Assembly: GCA_964016885.1 (NCBI GenBank)
Contig: OZ024745.1
Location: 103,726,001 to 103,790,000 of the forward strand
DNA from: Eledone cirrhosa
Lineage: Eukaryota
Reading direction: 5' to 3'
DNA: 64,000 nucleotides
Part shown: piece by piece, positions 47,086-59,236 of the stretch
How the letters are laid out: every line of letters begins with the position of its first letter
How positions within the stretch are numbered: the stretch's first letter is position 1
The notes under the pieces: model-generated
Database searches by the model: none
What the model saw: the letters and a program-made list of their open reading frames with translations, nothing else
What the model was told of the DNA's origin: nothing
Made by a program: the position numbers and the translations under genes

Positions 47086-47238
47086 TCATCATCATCATCA
47101 TCATCAACGTTTAACGTCCGTGTTCCACGCTTGCATGGGTTTGGACGGGGGTATTCCCACTTGAGGCAAGAGTGATTGTCTTGCTCGCATAGGACTGTCT
47201 GGCAGGTTTTCTACAGTTGGATGCCCTTCCTAACACCA
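47086..47238 (-). mobile_element. SINE 3' fragment with (ATG)n tail, family C
   Basis: (ATC)n-AACGTTTAACGTCC…TTGCATGGGT…GGATGCCCTTCCTAACACC is shared with many copies in the window. Confidence 0.8.
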
Positions 47239-47246
47239 TATCTATA

Positions 47247-47295
<49 letters not shown>

Positions 47296-47399
47296 TACAG
47301 CAGGATTTCTACTGCTTCTGTCTCCCCAAGTCACCCATTAGTCAGTCCAGGACTATAATAGAAAACATTTACTCAGGATGGACAGTAGGACCTTAAGGA

Positions 47400-47829
47400 A
47401 GTGTCTTTTTCAAAATTTTAAAATATTAGAAAAAATATTAGGGCAAACTGTTGCAATGATGTAGACGACAAGAACAGATTCTAAATAATCAAATTATGCA
47501 GTTATTTAATCATTAAAGTTAATGATTTTTCTTCTTCCTGATTCGGTCAAAATTTTAATTTACTAGAATTTTTTCAACATGCTGAAGCATGTATGAGTAT
47601 ATTATAATAAACGCGCAAACTCAGACACACTTACAAAAATAAGTCACTCAAATTTATATATAGATTGTACACACAAGTGTAGTGAATGTTAGATGCTGTC
47701 TTCTGTAGTCTATCATCATTCTTTCCTCGTCTCTAGTATGTGACGTCATCACCTCTTCCTTCCTCAGTCATATCTAGTGTGCGATGGGAGGACAGATGGA
47801 CAGAAGTCGTTCAAATTTATATATAGATT
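47400..47829 (-). mobile_element. Possible non-autonomous Helitron-like remnant with duplicated 5' end
   Basis: Direct repeat TCAAATTTATATATAGATT at about 47,649 and 47,811. On the minus strand this reads A|TCTATATATAAA, like Helitron 5' ends. The left boundary is uncertain. Confidence 0.35.
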
Positions 47830-48805
47830 ACAAATGTTTTGAGCTCCTTACATTAATGCTGTTAACTTCCACTTAACTGATTTTTTTGTTTATGAACCGG
47901 GCATACTTGAGTAATTCTCCCTTCCCCACCCAGTCACTTTCTCAAGTCACACCTTTCAATATTCATATACGTTTTATAGTCCTCAGTCAACTGAGGATCT
48001 GGTAGGAACTGGTTAGACTATGCTTTTCTGGGGAGATCTTATTACACTTACCAAACATTGGATTTAATCTTCACTGATTTCTGCCATTCAATTTTTTTTA
48101 AACTTATTATCCTTGGCTTTCATAACCAGAATTAATCAGTAAAACTAATTATTTTTACTCCTCATTATGGGAAAATTTAACTAATTAGACATTTTTTTGC
48201 TCACTACATTATATTTCTAGCTCTCACCCTCCATACACATACACACACTTAACTACGTATATGTTAGTATTTTACTAGTTATTCAGTTTAACAGACCAGG
48301 TTGTATGATGGCAACTCTATTAACTGGTAAAGCAGTATCATTGTAAACTGTTCAATAGATAAGAAAATACACAAAAAGGAACCTCAAATTAAGGAACTGA
48401 GTCTTTGAGATTGTTGATATATTCATAATGAATCAGTCAAAAAAAGAGTTAGTCTGGATAATATGATGTAGCCGATATTCATACTAAGAAGCAGAAAATG
48501 TCTTTGAGCGTATTTTATGTTCTAAATTAGCACTGAGAAAACTAAGGGTATTTGGGCTTCTGGGAGCCATATATAAACCATATATGATAGTACTATAAGC
48601 AAGTTAAAGATTCAAAGGGAAAATTTAGTGTTCTGGTATATGTTTTTCATAGTTTTAGTCCTCATCTTTTCATTTTAATCTTTGTGGGGAAACATGCAAG
48701 AGGTTAGAAAGCATTTTAGTAATATGCTGTTATGACCTGGTTCTCATTGAAAAGTTTGTTTGAGAAGATGAAAAAGATTGAAAGAATTGGAAGAATGGTC
48801 TAGTG

Positions 48806-49306
48806 CAGTGTTTCCCCAAGTTGGGTTCTGAGGAACCCCACAGTTCTACAAAATAGTTCTGGAGTGATTTCTGCAGGACTAGGCATCTTTTAATAGATTT
48901 AATAAAAAAATTTTTTACATTCATAAATGTTGTCTTTAACCCTTTAGTTACTAACCCAGCCAAAACCGGCTCTAGTTCTATGAAACACAATCACCCATTT
49001 TAAAGGTTTCCAATTCAAATTAAAATCTTGCAACATAATTTCATATAAGAAACCTACATTAAATTACTATCTTAGTAATGAAATAATTAATTATTTTAGT
49101 GAATCCCTCAAAATTCTTCATTAATTAATTAGAATTGAGTGTATTTCATTAGAAATGTGGTCATGAAAATGTTGAAATCATTTCTTGTTTTATTTCACAC
49201 CTTAATAAAATTAGGATTAGGGAATTTCCAGAAAATATAAGTAGAGGTTCTTCAATGTTTGGAAAAACATATAAGGTTTCCATGAAAATATATTTGAAAG
49301 CCATTG
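48806..49306. mobile_element. hAT (Charlie-type) MITE containing a nested piggyBac-like MITE
   Basis: Left end CAGTGTTTCCCCAA after GTCTAGTG; degenerate right end TTTGAAAGCCATTG; GGTTC/GAACC subterminal motifs. Confidence 0.55.
48936..49175 (+). mobile_element. piggyBac-like MITE family P2
   Basis: Starts TTAACCCTTTAGTTAC; GTTCTATGAAACA and TTTCATTAGAAATGTGG motifs are shared with 56,210-56,812. Confidence 0.55.
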
Positions 49307-49983
49307 GTTAAAAGTCAAGTGACATAAAGGCCAGCATAACAAAGAAAAATAACTAATTAACAATAGAGAGCACAATAGTTCAGTGTTATCCAAGATGTAG
49401 CCTTGCTCAAATATTGATATGGAGTAAGTAATTGCAGAAGGTTGTTTTACAGATTGACAGGAAACTGGGACTTTAGAAGTACCAGATGTACTAAAGTAGT
49501 TACTGTAAGGACCTTCATGAAATCATGTCAATGAACTTCTCAAAATAGAATTCCAAGTTTCTGATAAGTAAATGATCTAATTAAGTGTTCCAGGTCATTA
49601 TAACATAGCTATAATAAGTTGAGTAAAAGATTAGGAGAGGAGGAGGTGGAAGAGAAGAAAGTAAACTAGGAAAGTATAAACTAATTATTTATTTTAGATT
49701 CTCTAATATACATTGTATTGTACATAAGTATTCATTTTATTTGTATGTATGTGTGTATGTGTGCATATGTGTGTGTGTGTGCATGTGTGTGTGCATTAGG
49801 TAATTCTGAAGAAAAAGCAAAGGAAATAAGAGTGCTCTATGTATAGAACAGAGCTATTTAATTAGAAAGTGAACAGCACAATATATAACTACTCCACTAC
49901 CAAAGGTTTCAGGAACCAAGACAATATTAATAACAACCTTGACATATACTAATATTGTCTAATATATATATATATATATATAT

Positions 49984-50070
49984 AAACAACACATCACCCG
50001 GTCTGAGAATTGAACTCACAACCTTTCGATTGCAAGGCCAATACTGTAACCACTAAGCCATGTGCCTCCA
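49984..50070 (-). mobile_element. Inverted partial copy (5' head) of SINE family A
   Basis: Reverse complement of 50,189-50,275 with one mismatch. Confidence 0.95.
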
Positions 50071-50188
<118 letters not shown>

Positions 50189-50528
50189 TGGAGGCACATG
50201 GCTTAGTGGTTACAGTATTGGCCTTGCAATCGAAAGGTTGTGAGTTCAATTCTCAGACCGGGTGATGGGTTGTTTCCTTGAGCAAGACACTTTATTTCAC
50301 ATTGCTCCAGTTTACTCAGCTGTAGAAATGAGATGATAGGGACTGGGGTTCCTATCATTCCACTGCAAAGTGGTCGTGGAGGTGCCACGGCAAAAAAGCA
50401 CCCAGCACTCACTGTAAATGAGGTTGGTGTTAGGAAGGGCATCCAACTGTAGAAATCAAGCCAGAATTAGTTCCCGTCCCACCCTTGCAAGCAGGGAAAA
50501 AGTGGACGTAAAATGAAATGATGATGAT
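50189..50528 (+). mobile_element. Full-length tRNA-derived SINE family A (CORE-like domain, RTE-like tail)
   Basis: A-box TGGCTTAGTGG, B-box GAGTTCAATTCT, central CCTTGAGCAAGACACTT…CTCAGCTGTAGAAATGAG, and a (ATG)n tail. Near-identical copies lie at 56,281 and 60,414. Confidence 0.93.
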
Positions 50529-50545
50529 ATATATATATATATATA

Positions 50546-50589
<44 letters not shown>

Positions 50590-50592
<3 letters not shown>

Positions 50593-50995
50593 AGTATGTT
50601 ACCTTATTTAAACTGCTACAATGCAAGTTCAATTCTTAAATAATATATAAGTGCCTGGAGACAGAGTTGCCTGTGGGAATCAATCTCACATCTGCTGTAT
50701 TACTATTGCAACAAAGTGAGACTGAGTACTCACTTGTCATTTTTAAACAAACCATTGGAGCATAGAGTCAGTTGAAATTCTTAGAAATTGTGGAAAATTT
50801 CAAATGCAGAAAATAACTGTGATAACAATGAATAAATAATAGCTTAGAAAATTAAGAAAAATACCCCTATAGACAGAAAAGTGGCCAGCAACAGCTACAG
50901 AGAATTGAACTCTGTAGCTTTCAAATTTCAGCTGAGCACTCTGTACCTTTGAGCTAAATGACTCTTGACAACTATTACTGTCGAAATAGTTATTT
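50590..50995 (-). repeat. Old composite repeat, copy 1
   Basis: Diverged inverted homology to 51,357-51,620 and to the tRNA-like head at 52,040-52,190. Confidence 0.55.
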
Positions 50996-51017
50996 TCTAT
51001 GTTCAAGATTTTCTACA

Positions 51018-51320
51018 CCATCATCATCATCATTTAACATCCATTTTTCTAGACAAACATGGGTTAGATGAGTTGTCCTGTTCTGAACAATGCCAGAGCA
51101 GGTAACAATGCCTTGCTCATACAAAACTGATTCTGGCTTGGTTTCTACAGCAGGATGCCCTTCCTAACGCCAACCTCATTTACTGTGAGTACTGGGTGAT
51201 TTTTTAATGATGCCTTTACAGTGAGGACTGGGCGCTTTTGTCATGACACTTACATGCCCACTTTACAGTGTGGACTGGGTGCTTTTTGTCATGACACCTA
51301 TACGACCACTTTACAGTGTG
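51018..51320 (-). mobile_element. SINE family C with internal 47-48-bp tandem repeats
   Basis: (ATC)n tail, GGATGCCCTTCCTAAC, then repeated CTTTACAGTG(A/T)GGACTGGG…TGTCATGACAC units. Confidence 0.8.
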
Positions 51321-51356
51321 GGCTAAGCAATTTTTGTTGTGTTGCCATCATGACCA

Positions 51357-52225
51357 CTAAGAATTTCAACTCACCCAACACTCTGATGGTTTGTTTACAA
51401 ATGTTGTTCTATTTAAAGTTGATATTTAACTTTTATTTAGATGGTAATTGTCATCAGAGGTTGTTTAGCTCAATAGAAACGGAGCACTCAGCCAGAATTT
51501 GAGAGCTACTAAGGAGGATTTTCTGTAGTAGCTTCTGGTCACCTTTTCTGTCATTAGGAGTATTTTACACGATTTTCTAAGATTTTATTTATAGCAATCA
51601 ACAGTGTCCACAGTTTTTTTTTACTACATTCTGGGAATATCAATAAGCTTGTTTATTTGTAAACAAAATAAAGAATCTTTTTATGGCAAGTGCCTGTTCA
51701 ATTCCATTGGTGACATAAGCAAAATGGCTGGGTAGCATCCATAACCATTGGAATGGTTGCTTCTAACAGGATCCTCTAGAAGGCATATCTGAAGATTTTG
51801 AACACACATGACACTTTCAGGAATAGGTGGGCGAAGAAGAAAACTTTGTCCACATTTTTCTATGTCAAGGGGTTAATGTATTTATGTGCCCAATTTGATC
51901 AACTATTTAATGGTCAAATTAGCTTTGTAGCAGATTACACAACACAAATTTGCTCAACACTTTGTAAAGTAATTGTATATTTGTTTTATATCTCCTGGCT
52001 AATAGATAAGGCTTTAAAATGATAAATAACTGGTTAGTCACACAATAGTGTAATGGTAATGCACTCATCCAGCATACAGCAAATGTGAGTTCAATTCCCA
52101 CAGCTAACTCTAGAGGTTTATGTGCCTATATATCCACTTAGACGTTTTGATAGTCAAACCTGCACTGTGGCAGCTTACAATAAGGAAACACTTTCAAATT
52201 TCAATTCGCTCAACACTTCATAAAA
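51357..52225 (+). repeat. Old composite repeat, copy 2, ending in a tRNA-like SINE head
   Basis: Homologous blocks to 50,590-50,995. TAGTGTAATGG and GAGTTCAATTCC boxes lie at about 52,046-52,100. Confidence 0.5.
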
Positions 52226-52796
52226 CACAATCATATCATCATCATTTAATATCCGTTTTCCCTACTAGGGTTGGACAGGTCTACATATAAAAAAAATATG
52301 TACTGAAGCAGGGCTACTACTAACCTACCAAACAGGCCAGGGGTTTGCATCTTGCTTACATATGGTCCCACATTCTACTGAGTGTACCAGCACAAGAGAG
52401 GTTGTCATGTTTTTGACACACCTGAAGAGATTTCTCCACACTTTGTTTGCCTTTCCTATCACCAGCATGTACTAAGTACATTTATTGTGTATATCACTAA
52501 CACTAGGGAGGCTGTCATGTCCTTGACACAAATGAAAGGTCCTTATATATGGATAATTATTTTGTCTGATGTTTCTTGCAAGAATCATCTGGTTTCTTGA
52601 AACCTTCAGTAATGAAATAATTATGTTGTGGTGTTTATTAGTTTATTATATAATAATTGTGGTGTTTATTAGTTTATTATATAATTAAAAAATATATATG
52701 TATTATGTATGTGTGTATGTGTGTGTACATACTCATGATTTCCCTTAAATATAACTTGGATCGTGATTTTAAGGGAAAAGATTTAACAGTCAGTAA

Positions 52797-53002
52797 CAGT
52801 GGATTGGCAGTATCGGTAGAGGGTCGGATGCCATGCTTTGCAGCAAAGAGTTACAGCTCTTTATGATCTGAGTTCAAATCCCGCTGAGGTTAACTTTGCC
52901 TTTCATCCTTACGGGGGTCGATAAAATAAAGTACCAGTAATGTACTGGGATAAATGCTGGCCTTGTGCCAAAAGTAGAAACAATTATTATTATTATTATT
53001 AT
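52797..53002 (+). mobile_element. tRNA-derived SINE family B, full length
   Basis: Head TGGCAGTATCGGTAG…GAGTTCAAATCCC, conserved central domain GCCTTTCATCCTTACGGGGGTCGATAAAATAAAGTACCAG, and an (ATT)n tail. Confidence 0.9.
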
Positions 53003-53356
53003 GTATGCCACCTGATTTTAAAGTAAATAATTGTTATAATGGTAAAATAATATTGAAACTTATCTCATATAAATACCAGATATTGTTTTGTAAACTGTAG
53101 TTAGTCTCAATCTAATATTAGTACAAAGTTTATCCTATTTTGAGTGCAAAGTTTGACAGTATTTACAATAACAGTTTTATAGTTATTTAATATCTCAGCA
53201 TTAAATTATTTAGGCTAGTTACTCTTCACCTTTTGTAGATCTCTGGGTTCCATTAGGCTGGTACTTAATTCTTGCATTGTATTATTAGTAGTAAATAGTG
53301 TGAAACAAATCTCTCCCTGCCATATGTGTATATATGTATACATATACATATATATA

Positions 53357-53600
53357 TAATCATCATTTTTACATCCACTTGCATGCATTAGACAGGTCCT
53401 TCTCAGCACAGCATCTCTCCACATGTCGCGATCCTTTGTCATCACCTTTCTGAGTTTCAGTGATTTGAGGTCAGCTCTTACAATCTTTGTCCAGGTCTTT
53501 CTTGGTCTACCTCTATTGCAGCTTCCTTCTGGCATTTCCTGGCACTTATTTACCCAATGATCATTGTCCATGCACATCACATGTTCAAACCACACATAAC
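53357..53600 (-). mobile_element. RTE-clade LINE 3' end
   Basis: Translation WFEHVMCM…RGRPRKTW…V..DL…DRDMWR matches the RTE C-terminal W-GHV-R…RGRP-W…DR-WR motif. It is followed by an (ATG)n tail. Confidence 0.85.
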
Positions 53601-53869
53601 ATCCTGCCAAGAAGAGGGTTTGTTTTTCAAAGCTTCAAAAACTAAATTCATGTATTGGAATCCATCCATTCTCAGTCCGATACATGCTTCTGATGGCTCA
53701 TCCATACACTGGTTCATACTTTTGTTTACAATTAGTTAAAGTCTCTTTCTGAACTGAAGATTCATCAGGCCAGTGCCTATCATCAGTTTCCTTAACATTA
53801 AGCAACTATGTGTACAAGACTCTCCCTGAATATGATGTCAATTTATCACAGGTTTTGCTTCCCAGCTAC

Positions 53870-54020
53870 TGCTGGTACCCATCCAAGCTGAGTGTACTAG
53901 AGCAATGGGAAATAAAGGGTTTTGCTCAAGAGCACAACTCAGCAGTCTGCCCAGCAATTGAACCAACAACATTATGCTCCTACGTCAAGCATCCTAACCA
54001 TTTGGCTATGTTCCTTCACT
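53870..54020 (-). mobile_element. Degenerate CORE-like SINE
   Basis: AGCTGAGTGTACTAGAGCAATGGGAAATAAAGGGTTTTGCTCAAG is a reverse-complement family-A-like domain. Similar fragments occur at 44,660-44,772 and 57,720-57,900. Confidence 0.7.
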
Positions 54021-54664
54021 TTTACAAGGATTCAAAATTAATTAAAACTATTGAAGAACATATAGAAACGTTACATCAAATAGATATTACTGGCACTGGA
54101 GTAATAGATATTACTGGCACTGGAGTAATGAATGCATCTTTTGTTTACAGTTATCAAAAGTATTTTGTGTGGTTGTTCTGCTAGTTTGATCATAGTTAGT
54201 CGCTTTAAACTGTGCTAAAATAATTTTAACACATAAAAATGATTACCTGATATGCTGAAAAATGTTAAAATATGGCAGAATCAGTGGTGCTTTAATTATT
54301 TCTGTGGTTTTATCCCAAGGGCAGATGTGCAACAAATAATTGAATTTATTGCTGTTACCACCTCTGTGAAGAGAAAGCAAACATCTCTGACCTAACAGGA
54401 AAGCAAGATTTTATAGTGATTTGATTGTAGTGAGAAAACATTAAAGTTGAACAAAAGTATAACAATAGGAAACTCTCTAAATATGCTTTTCATTTTAAAC
54501 ATAATTATGGTATCATTTGTTTACAATTAAGTTGATGATTGCAATATTCTTTTATCCAAACAAAATATTCCCTGCCTGTCTTATATGAATTATTGAAGTC
54601 TAAACCATTTCATTTTAAGAAAATGCATAGTTGTATATTTGCAATTTTCCTAAACACATTGTAT

Positions 54665-54915
54665 TTGAAGTGAACCATTCTGGTGTCGGAACCATCAAGT
54701 GTTTTTCACTGAGTGACACTGAAAGTATAGGATTCTGAACCATATAGTAAAATGATTTCAACTGTAGCTATGAAGACTTTGCATTTTGTAGCTCTTGGGA
54801 TGGGAGCTTTCCAGACTTTTTGTAGTGAATTTATTGCACTCCATGCTTGACCAATTCTGGTAGTTATGTCATGCTTGGAGACAGTGTAACTACTCAGATA
54901 TTTAAATTCTTGAAC
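54665..54915 (-). mobile_element. RTE-like LINE ORF fragment (region after RT core)
   Basis: FKYLSS…DITTRIGQAWSA…LQKVW…VEIILLYGSESYT matches the F-YLG…RI-A…LLYG-E-W motif. It contains an in-frame stop. Confidence 0.85.
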
Positions 54916-55829
54916 TATATAGAAAATAAAAGTGCCAGAGAGAACATGATACCTAACCAAAACAAACCGGGCAGAGTTCAATATTTTCAAATAGATTATT
55001 GTAAACATAATTTATATATTGTTCATAACAAGAAAACAAGATAAATCAGATCTAATGTTAACAGGATAAAAAAAAATAAAAAAATCAATAAAAACACCTT
55101 TTATTGAAGATAAAAATATTAGCTTATCTTTATTATCTTTATTAAGAATAAAATTATATGATAAAACATAGAGCCACACAATTACTTAGTTGTATCTTAT
55201 ATAATTATTGTCACATACTTATTAAATTTATATTACTAAATGGTTAATATTGAATATCTATAGAGGTCGTAAAATTGAGCTAGAAGCAGCATCACATAAT
55301 CATCAGGGTCCTTCAGGGTGGTCAAAAAGTGCTTTAGGTTCCAACAACTACTAACCATTTTTAAATACAGGTTAGATAAACGATAGTGTACTGCTTCCAC
55401 ATCTGGGACAATGCTGTTGGTACACACACACACACACAAACACACACATCATAAAGTACATCCAAAGAAAGAATTATTAACATGAAGCTGCTCACCAAAA
55501 CACTCCACCCTCTCATACATAAATGTACTGTATCATATTTCTGCTTTCAACATGCTTTTCCTACATGGAAATATTTCAGCAGCCACTGGCTTACATCTTT
55601 TCAAGTAGAAAATTAGCAGCATTCATCTCATTGGTCCCAGAATGCCATGGATATATCCCATTCCTCTAGACCAAACTAATAAAAAAAATAATCTGTTTCT
55701 TACTACACTGAAGTGGAAATTTCGCTAATGCAAGTGACACTATTACAAGTTCTCTATAAGGGTTTTAGCACCAACATCATTGCAAAGAAAGGCTAGTGTA
55801 TACTTGTATGTACAAAATGATTATAATTA

Positions 55830-56135
55830 ATTATTGTTTCTACTTTGGGCACAAGGTCAACAATTACCCCAGTGCATTACTGGTGTTTTATTTTATTGAC
55901 CTCTGTAAAGATAAAAGACAAAGCTAACTTCAGCAGGATTTGAACTCAGAATGTAAAGAGGCATAACTCTATCCTTGCAAAGCATGGTGTCTGACACTCT
56001 ACCAATACTGCCAATCCACCGGCCTATAATTAATAATTGTTTCTACTTTTAGGCACAAGGTCAACAATTACCCCAGTGCATTACTGGTACTTTATTTTAT
56101 CGACCCCATAAGGATGAAAGGCAAAGTCAACCTTA
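55830..56135 (-). mobile_element. Family-B SINE, tandem full plus partial copies
   Basis: TTGTTTCTACTTT…GCACAAGGTCAACAATTACCCCAGTGCATTACTGG occurs twice, about 200 bp apart. Confidence 0.85.
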
Positions 56136-56209
56136 ATGATTTATTACTTGGCCTCAAGACTAGAAATTTATTGAAGAATACGGTTGTTTGAATTGATCTC
56201 ATAGACTGA

Positions 56210-56812
56210 TTAACCCTTTTGATATGAAAACCCCTGAAATCAATTGGTTCTATGATACAGATCTGTTAATTTCAGAGTGTTCATCATCATCATCATTTCA
56301 TTTTACGTCCGCTTTTTCCTTGCTTGCAAGGGTGGGACGGGAACTGATTCTGGCTTGATTTCTACAGCTGGATGCCCTTCCTAACACCAACCTCATTTAC
56401 AGTGAGTGCTGGGTGCTTTTTTGCCGCGGCACCTGCACGACCACTTTGCAGTGGAATGATTTGGACCCCAGTCCCTATCATCTCATTTCTACAGCTGAGT
56501 AAACTGGAGCAATGTGAAATAAAGTGTCTTGCTCAAGGAAACAACACATCATCCGGTCTGAGAATTGAACTCACAACCTTTCGATTGCAAGGCCAATGCT
56601 CTAACCACTAAGCCATGTGCCTCCATATTTATCTAAAAAGATTCAGTCATAATTTTACGTTATAATCTTTGTTAGATTATGCTCCAAACCCCAGCTTAAT
56701 AGTGAGAAGGTTAGCTATATTACTGAAACTTTCAAACTCTTGATTATTTTCAAAATGATTTGAAAACCATAGACAATGTCTTTCATAAGAAACATGGCAA
56801 TAAAAGGATTAA
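56210..56812 (+). mobile_element. piggyBac-like MITE P2 interrupted by SINE A
   Basis: TTAACCCTTTTG…TAAAAGGATTAA termini, with homology to the 48,936 copy on both sides of the SINE. Confidence 0.55.
56281..56625 (-). mobile_element. Full-length SINE family A
   Basis: Near-identical reverse complement of 50,189-50,528 and 60,414-60,755. Confidence 0.93.
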
Positions 56813-56852
56813 TTTATCAACTGACAGAGGTAGGTGAGAAATAAAGGTGACC

Positions 56853-57321
56853 TTAATCCTTTAGCATTTAAACCGGCCATATCTGACCAGAATTCTCTCA
56901 CCTTTCTCTGTTCAAACCGGCTGTAACCAGCCACTCACACTGATATTATGGTATTGTTCTCAAAATAAATATCAAAATCTCGTAGATTCAATATTATGTG
57001 AGATAATTAGGTTAGGTAAGGCCTTTACCACAAAAATACAGTTATATATATATCAGCCGTACTAAGAGAGAGAAATGAAATTTCATTTTTTATTTATATA
57101 TATATATATATATATTCTTCTATGTTGTTTACTTGTCCCTCTCGCCTTACGCGAATTCTGGTCCCAATAACTTTTTTTAGTTATTGCTCGCACCAACCTG
57201 ATGTATCTCATTTTTAATGCAATGAAATACCAATGATGGTTGGAAAATCACTGACGAAGGACTATTTTTATCATATGTAACCCATATGCAAACCACGCAG
57301 TATTCTTCTTTCTTCTCATGT

Positions 57322-57409
<88 letters not shown>

Positions 57410-57430
57410 ATGTAAATGCTAAAAGGTTAA
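56853..57430 (-). mobile_element. piggyBac-like MITE P1 expanded by an insertion and (TA)n(GA)n
   Basis: TTAATCCTTTAGCATTTA…TAAATGCTAAAAGGTTAA termini. Foreign sequence at about 57,052-57,327 sits in the internal TA tract. Confidence 0.8.
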
Positions 57431-57492
57431 GGAGATTTAAAATTAGAATGTAAAAGGACAAAAATAAGTATTAAATTTCACAATTGTTTCAG

Positions 57493-57600
57493 ACAAACAA
57501 AATTCAAATGTCCTCACAAAATATCATTATACAGTATCCTCTGTTAAGCCAGATATCTTTGTGTACCAGTGTTGTAGGAACATTTATTCTGAGTTTCCAG
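57493..57600 (+). CDS. Candidate internal exon (108 nt), unknown product
   Basis: TTGTTTCAG acceptor and consensus CAG|GTAAGT donor. Length is divisible by 3 and two frames are open (e.g. KQNSNVLTKYHYTVSSVKPDIFVYQCCRNIYSEFP). Confidence 0.3.
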
Positions 57601-58285
57601 GTAAGTATATGGTAAATTCATAATGAATAATTATGTTTACATTTATCATGTGTTAAGGTAAATAAAATATTAAAGTCACCAGGCTCATCAGGTCAGTACT
57701 TATCAGTATTAAGCAATGGAGAATACAAAACTTCCCCCTGAACAAAATGCTAGTCCATAACAAGGTTAATTCCCACCTATTGCTGGTACTCATTTTAAGC
57801 TGAGTTTACTGAAACAATGTGAAAAACCACTTTGTCCAGGAATCAAACCCATGACATTATGACTGTAAATCTAATACCTTCCTTAGCCCCTAGGCCACAC
57901 AGACGGTCTATCATGTGTACACTGTGTATGCTTCCAATATTGTATAAATATACATCATTAATCCCTACCATTAGTTAACAGAATGATTAGTTGCTTATAG
58001 TGTATACAAACATTGTTAGCACCTACATAACTATATAAATTAGACTGGCCAATTTAGTTGAGTTTGTACCCACAATAAATTAGCTGTAAGCTATTAGTCT
58101 CTTCATGGGTAACCAATGGATATTCTTTCTCTCATTAACAGTCTAAGAAAACTAGAAACTAATTAGATTGATCCCGATTTTCACGTGTGTATTTGTGCAG
58201 AGATTAAACTTGTGGTCTAACAACTTTGCTTACTTCTCACAGTGAAATTAAGATTATTTGTTTATTAAAAATAAGTATACCTTAC

Positions 58286-58317
<32 letters not shown>

Positions 58318-58681
58318 ATCATCATCATCATTTAACGTCCATCTTCCATGATATCATGGGTAGAATGAGCTGTCCCTTTCTGGGGGATCAGGGCGGAGGA
58401 CCGTGATTTGCTTACACAGAACTGATTTTGGCTTGGTTTCTATGGCTGGATGCCCTTCCTAACACCATCCACATTTACAGTGAGTGCTGGGTGCTTTTTG
58501 CCGTGTCACCTACACAACCACTTTACAGCATGGACTGGGTGCTAGCATGGAAGATGGACGTTAAACGATGATGATGATGATGATCCAGCTGTAGAAATCA
58601 AGCCAGAATCAGTTCCCGTCCCACCCTTGCAAGCAGGGAAAAAGCGGGCATAAAATGAAATGAATGAATGAATGAAATGAT
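58318..58681. mobile_element. Cluster of SINE fragments: minus-strand family C, an inverted tail, then a family-A 3' fragment
   Basis: (ATC)nATTTAACGTCCATCTTCCATG at the left and CATGGAAGATGGACGTTAAACG(ATG)n at 58,547-58,583. CCAGCTGTAGAAATCAAGCC… follows directly. Confidence 0.8.
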
Positions 58682-58849
58682 ATATGTCTATATGGTTAAT
58701 GCACATGCCCAGCACCCAAGAAATATTGAACTTGATTCATTGTAGGCACCTGTGTCTACCTATATCCTTTCTCATGTGGTACTTTACTAGATTTTCTCAA
58801 CTATTATTTACATTGATAGACTATTGTTATAGTCATTTACATTAGTATA

Positions 58850-59060
58850 ACTACATTCCTTCTGTCTAATATTTTCCCCATTTTCTTTCTTATCTTACTC
58901 TCAGCTATCTTCCCTTTCTCATTCTATCTTACGATGAAGGATCTAACATCCAAAAGATTAAGACTTCTTACTACATCAAATGTTAAAGTAATATATCATT
59001 ATTGTATTGTTCTTCTGTTTGGTCTTTTTTTCTTTTCCTTATTGATCTTTCTTATTTATA
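58850..59060 (+). mobile_element. Possible Penelope-like terminal-repeat remnant
   Basis: Pyrimidine-rich tract then CGATGAAGGATCTAACATCCAAAAG, a decayed TGATGA-stem-GAAA pattern like those at Penelope pLTRs. Confidence 0.3.
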
Positions 59061-59236
59061 TATATTTTTAATTATTTTATCAATTTCAGTCATTAGACTG
59101 CAGTCATGCTGGGGCACATCCTTCAAGGGATCTTAGTTAATTATATTTAACCCCTTGATCACCATATAAGTTTCTCCCTGTCTTTATATAGTTGTCATGC
59201 CTGGCAAGAAGGTTTTTAATAAAATATTAACTAAAA

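Noticed and set aside
50189-50265. tRNA gene
   Set aside because: A/B boxes are present, but the sequence continues into a multi-copy SINE body and tail, so it is a SINE head.
52627-54128. Short tandem duplications (about 31 bp at 52,627 and 24 bp at 54,079; another near 63,955)
   Set aside because: They are ordinary two-copy slippage duplications with no further structure.
55236-55445. Minus-strand 69-aa ORF
   Set aside because: It starts in a (TG)n repeat, has no recognisable motif, and has weak splice context.
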